A stretch of DNA of 53,344 nucleotides from Prevotella sp. GTDB taxonomy: Bacteria; Bacteroidota; Bacteroidia; Bacteroidales; Bacteroidaceae. Numbering within the stretch: the stretch's first letter is position 1; every line of letters begins with the position of its first letter. Positions 49,941-53,344 of this stretch are shown in pieces. The stretch covers positions 50,432-103,775 of the forward strand of contig DAIPMC010000001.1 in the NCBI GenBank assembly GCA_036768895.1, read 5' to 3'. The translations under genes and the position numbers were made by a program. Below the pieces are notes generated by a model. That model did not search any database. It was not told the DNA's origin and saw only the letters and a list, made by a program, of their open reading frames with translations.

Positions 49941-50894
49941 TCACACATTACCCAAATGAACATATCTTATGCCAGCTTTCAAGGCTATATCCCTGGCTGC
50001 ATACATGTCTTCCAGCAATGTAGGCCCATGATTCTCCATCTTAAACATCGGAAAGCAACGACTGAAATGAAGAGGACAGTCTGCAAAACCATTTCCGACA
50101 AGCCATTCACACAGTTGTGAAACTAACTTCTTATCTGTATTAACCCCGGGTACAAGAAGGTTCGTAATCTCCAGATGTACCCCTGCTTTCAGGAAGATCT
50201 TCAAAGTCTTGAGAACCGGTTCCAATGTTGCTCCGTTCCATTTCCGGTATATCTCATCACTGAAAGACTTCAGATCGATATTGGCAGCATCTATATAAGG
50301 AATCAACCAGTGAAGAGGCTCCGGATTGATATAACCAGCAGACACAAGGACATTATAGAGATGATGACGATGCGCCAATACAGCTATATCATATACATAC
50401 TCAATATAAGTAAGCGGTTCTGTATAGGTGTAAGCTATGGTTGGAATATGGTTTTGCAAAGCCATATTGACAATATCTTCAGGAGCATATTCCTGATTAG
50501 GAACATCTTTTGGAGAAGTTTGGGAAATATCAAAATTCTGACAGTTTTTGCAACGCAGATTACACCCTGCACAAGCAAGGGATAGACATCTGCTACCGGG
50601 ATGAAAATGCAATAACGGTTTCTTCTCTATCGGATCATCTGCTAAAGCACAAGGTCTGCCATATACCATAGAATAAAGCTTCCCTCCGATATTTTTCCGG
50701 CTTCGGCAAATACCGGTATGCCCTACTTTTATCAGGCATTCATGAGGACAGAGCAGACAGCGGACATCATTTTTTATGCTATTCATCTCGGGAATATCCT
50801 GGCAGGTTTGAACTCCAGATATTTTCTCTACGACATGGGTCTGGTCTGAAACGGATTCTGTTACCTTTTCATAAAATTTCGCTTCATACAACAT
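49941..50894 (-). CDS. amrS: AmmeMemoRadiSam system radical SAM enzyme
   Basis: CLLCPHEC, DPIEKKPLLHFHPG, CNLRCKNCQN, YTYTEP, NIDLKSF. Confidence 0.92.
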   Translation of the reverse strand: MLYEAKFYEKVTESVSDQTHVVEKISGVQTCQDIPEMNSIKNDVRCLLCPHECLIKVGHTGICRSRKNIGGKLYSMVYGRPCALADDPIEKKPLLHFHPGSRCLSLACAGCNLRCKNCQNFDISQTSPKDVPNQEYAPEDIVNMALQNHIPTIAYTYTEPLTYIEYVYDIAVLAHRHHLYNVLVSAGYINPEPLHWLIPYIDAANIDLKSFSDEIYRKWNGATLEPVLKTLKIFLKAGVHLEITNLLVPGVNTDKKLVSQLCEWLVGNGFADCPLHFSRCFPMFKMENHGPTLLEDMYAARDIALKAGIRYVHLGNV

Positions 50895-50896
50895 TA

Positions 50897-52540
50897 TTAA
50901 TTCTCCTTCCCAACCTTTATTCCCATCGATTTCTCACTGAAAATAATAGCTTCATAAGTATAAAGTTCAGCGTTTTTCCAACCGTCCCAACCTATTCCTG
51001 TCTTATCCTGGGCACAATGCCCCAGAAACTCTTCTTTGGTCCAGTTGACTTCATCTGCTACCTGTGGCAGGAATGTTCCGCTACGAAGACCTTTCCGCAT
51101 ATAAATACCCTGTTTCCCATAGTGGAATTCACTGATATCTGTAATTCTATGAAGTGGCGTAAGAACAGAAATTTCTATATCAATCTTTGGGAGTTCCTCT
51201 TTACTGACCGGAGTAAAACGTGGATCTTCAAAAGCAGCCGCCCTCGCCATCTCTCTGACTACATCAGTCAATGGAATATCTGCTCCAAAATGACCTATAC
51301 AGCCACGGAGACGGCCGTTTTCATTCAAGGTTACGAAAGCGCCACATTTGCGCATGAGACGCGCTGAAAAAGGTTTGGGAGTGGTTCCTGAATCCGAAGA
51401 AATGCTTTCTCTGGCAAGAACAAGCAACGCTTTCTCCTCCTCTGAAGTCAGAAATTCTCCAGAAGAAGGAACCTGTTGTCCGGAGAACAATGCTGTATGG
51501 TCAGAATCTTTCTCTGACTGTACACAATCTCTACTATTCGAGAAAATACCACTAGATTTATCCTGCGATAATGTCTGGCAAAGCGCATAATATCCTACGA
51601 CCTCCTTTTTCTCTCCGTATGGGGAATCACCGGAATTCAAATAAATGAGTTTGTGAAGGTTTAACTTCGGATTGTTATCACTCATCATCAGAAGTACAGC
51701 AATACCACATTGTCCGCAAGCACTGGTAGCAAGATTGTGAAAACCCAGGAAATGATTATCCGACAAAGTCTTGACAAATTTTTCCAGACTACCTGTTGCA
51801 ATTGCATCTCCTGTCCGGTGATCCACCTTTTCTGCATCATCATACGAAGGATAATGAGAAAAGTCACTACTGATCACAAAAAGATTCCGAGAATTAAAAT
51901 AAGGTTGTAAAGCCTTGGCTATTTCACGAAGGCGATTCATGTCCTCTGTTCCGATAATAATAGGAACAATAGGCGGGACATCTTCCAGATGATACTGCAA
52001 AAACGGAAGTTGAACCTCCAGACAGTGTTCACGTTCATGAGCCTGAGGAAGATATTGAAACACCCTGTTTTCCGTAATGAGGCGATCACAAAGAGCGGTG
52101 TCTACTTCTACCTTACCCAAAGGAGTAGCATAACAGGCAAAAGCATTACAGACAGAGGCACCGTCAAAAGCTACGTGATGAGAAGGTCCTATCAGGAAAA
52201 TATGATCATAACGGACATTCGGAGAGATCTGGGCAAAGGCATCTGCCGCTACCCGACCGGAAAACACATATCCCGCATGAGGTACAATCACCGACTGGAT
52301 ATACTGATCAGCAAAAAGAACTTTTGCACTGGCAAAATAGGATTTCAGATAGACTTTCAGTTCTTGTTGATCTTTAGGATAGAACTGACCGGCAACCGCC
52401 ATCGGGCGTACTGTCGTCCCTTCTTGTATTCCATTCATAGCATTACCTCCTATTGCAAAAACAAACAAAAGTAATATAAAAATGCCTGTCAATGATTTCG
52501 ACAGGCATTCTCTTTTCTTTCTATCAGGGACATTCTGCAT
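50897..52540 (-). CDS. amrB: AmmeMemoRadiSam protein B (MEMO1-like) fused to protein A (AMMECR1-like)
   Basis: VAGQFYP, PHAGY..SG, GPSHH, EHCLEVQLPFLQ, SSDFSHY; C-terminal GAFVTL..LRGCIG, DPRF, TFLPQVA. Confidence 0.92.
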   Translation of the reverse strand: MQNVPDRKKRECLSKSLTGIFILLLFVFAIGGNAMNGIQEGTTVRPMAVAGQFYPKDQQELKVYLKSYFASAKVLFADQYIQSVIVPHAGYVFSGRVAADAFAQISPNVRYDHIFLIGPSHHVAFDGASVCNAFACYATPLGKVEVDTALCDRLITENRVFQYLPQAHEREHCLEVQLPFLQYHLEDVPPIVPIIIGTEDMNRLREIAKALQPYFNSRNLFVISSDFSHYPSYDDAEKVDHRTGDAIATGSLEKFVKTLSDNHFLGFHNLATSACGQCGIAVLLMMSDNNPKLNLHKLIYLNSGDSPYGEKKEVVGYYALCQTLSQDKSSGIFSNSRDCVQSEKDSDHTALFSGQQVPSSGEFLTSEEEKALLVLARESISSDSGTTPKPFSARLMRKCGAFVTLNENGRLRGCIGHFGADIPLTDVVREMARAAAFEDPRFTPVSKEELPKIDIEISVLTPLHRITDISEFHYGKQGIYMRKGLRSGTFLPQVADEVNWTKEEFLGHCAQDKTGIGWDGWKNAELYTYEAIIFSEKSMGIKVGKEN

Positions 52541-52685
52541 TATTTTAGAACTTAATCCCTGCTTTTCATAATTTATCCCATAAGAATGCCTAACTTATCT
52601 TTTAAACATCCATGAACAGCAAAACTGGGAAACGGATACCAGAAACCGATTTTATGGATTAACAAACTATCCTTTTCCCAAATGG

Positions 52686-53344
52686 TCATCTATCCAACTT
52701 CCAGGTAGCTCCATCCTGGGTATCCTGAATTTCGAACCCATCCTGTTGTAACTCATTACGGATCTGGTCACTTGTGGTCCAGTCCTTGGCTTCTTTAGCC
52801 TTGGCACGAAGATCGAGGACCATATTTACTACTTTACCAAAGGATTTTTCCCGCTCACTGTTATTAGCACCAGTCTCACTCTTCAATCCCAGAATATCAA
52901 AAGTGAATAGATTCATTGTATCTGAAAGTTCTTTCAGATCCTCAGAACAGATTTTAGCTTTGTGATCTATAATGGTATTGACCAGATGACAAGCTTCAAA
53001 CAGATTACTGATCACCGAAGGAGTCTGTAAATCATCGTTCATGGCATCATAGCATTTCTGCCGAAGTCCAGTCACAAATTCTGTCGTGCTTTCATCACTA
53101 CTTTTAGAAACCTGAATACGCTTGATGTCATTGATACCATCCATCAAACGTTTATAGCCCTTTTCTGCAGATAGAAGGGCTTCATTGGAGAAATCAACCG
53201 TACTGCGATAATGAGCAGAAAGGATGAAGAAACGGATTGTCATCGGACTATAAGCCTGTTTGAGAGTCGGATGCTTACCCGTAAAGAATTGTTCCAAAGT
53301 AATAAAATTACCCAGACTCTTCCCCATCTTCTGGCCATTGATGG
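52686..53344 (-). CDS. cysS: Cysteine--tRNA ligase, 3' part (5' end outside the window)
   Basis: KMGKSLGN, HYRS, MNDD, R..AK..KDW..SDQIR. Confidence 0.95.
   Translation of the reverse strand, partial: INGQKMGKSLGNFITLEQFFTGKHPTLKQAYSPMTIRFFILSAHYRSTVDFSNEALLSAEKGYKRLMDGINDIKRIQVSKSSDESTTEFVTGLRQKCYDAMNDDLQTPSVISNLFEACHLVNTIIDHKAKICSEDLKELSDTMNLFTFDILGLKSETGANNSEREKSFGKVVNMVLDLRAKAKEAKDWTTSDQIRNELQQDGFEIQDTQDGATWKLDR

Overview
Core chromosomal segment of a Bacteroidota bacterium, most likely Prevotellaceae (TAnnTTTG promoters, A-rich SD-less initiation regions, Prevotella-like proteins). It is mostly housekeeping genes: dusB, a Zn/Cd P1B-ATPase, ruvB-coaD-ybeY, ctp/parE, sdhCAB (frd), mnmG-apt-uvrC-dtd-mazG-like-deoC, ispB/polA, ychF-lgt, mutS, an orphan PL11 lyase, tex, a CoA-transferase, trmH-like/sufE/U32, rpoN-PAP2-purE-ispG, an AmmeMemoRadiSam pair and the 3' part of cysS. 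I saw no rRNA, tRNA, IS, prophage or CRISPR-cas. Two parS sites near mnmG suggest the region is origin-proximal. The most unusual element is an unannotated ~425-nt transcription unit at 43.2-43.64 kb with its own promoter and terminator. It has a C-depleted leader carrying seven AAGGTAA copies, followed by a 24-aa hydrophobic ORF; the GGTAA core recurs in the divergent gene's leader, which suggests a protein-titrating or dual-function RNA (inference). Other notable items are a 22-bp-period palindrome array between the parS sites, a 27-aa small ORF with promoter and terminator, a catalytically dead papain-family lipoprotein, a perfect 46-bp palindrome, and a tandem-domain protein upstream of rpoN. 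All calls were made by eye; no searches were run.
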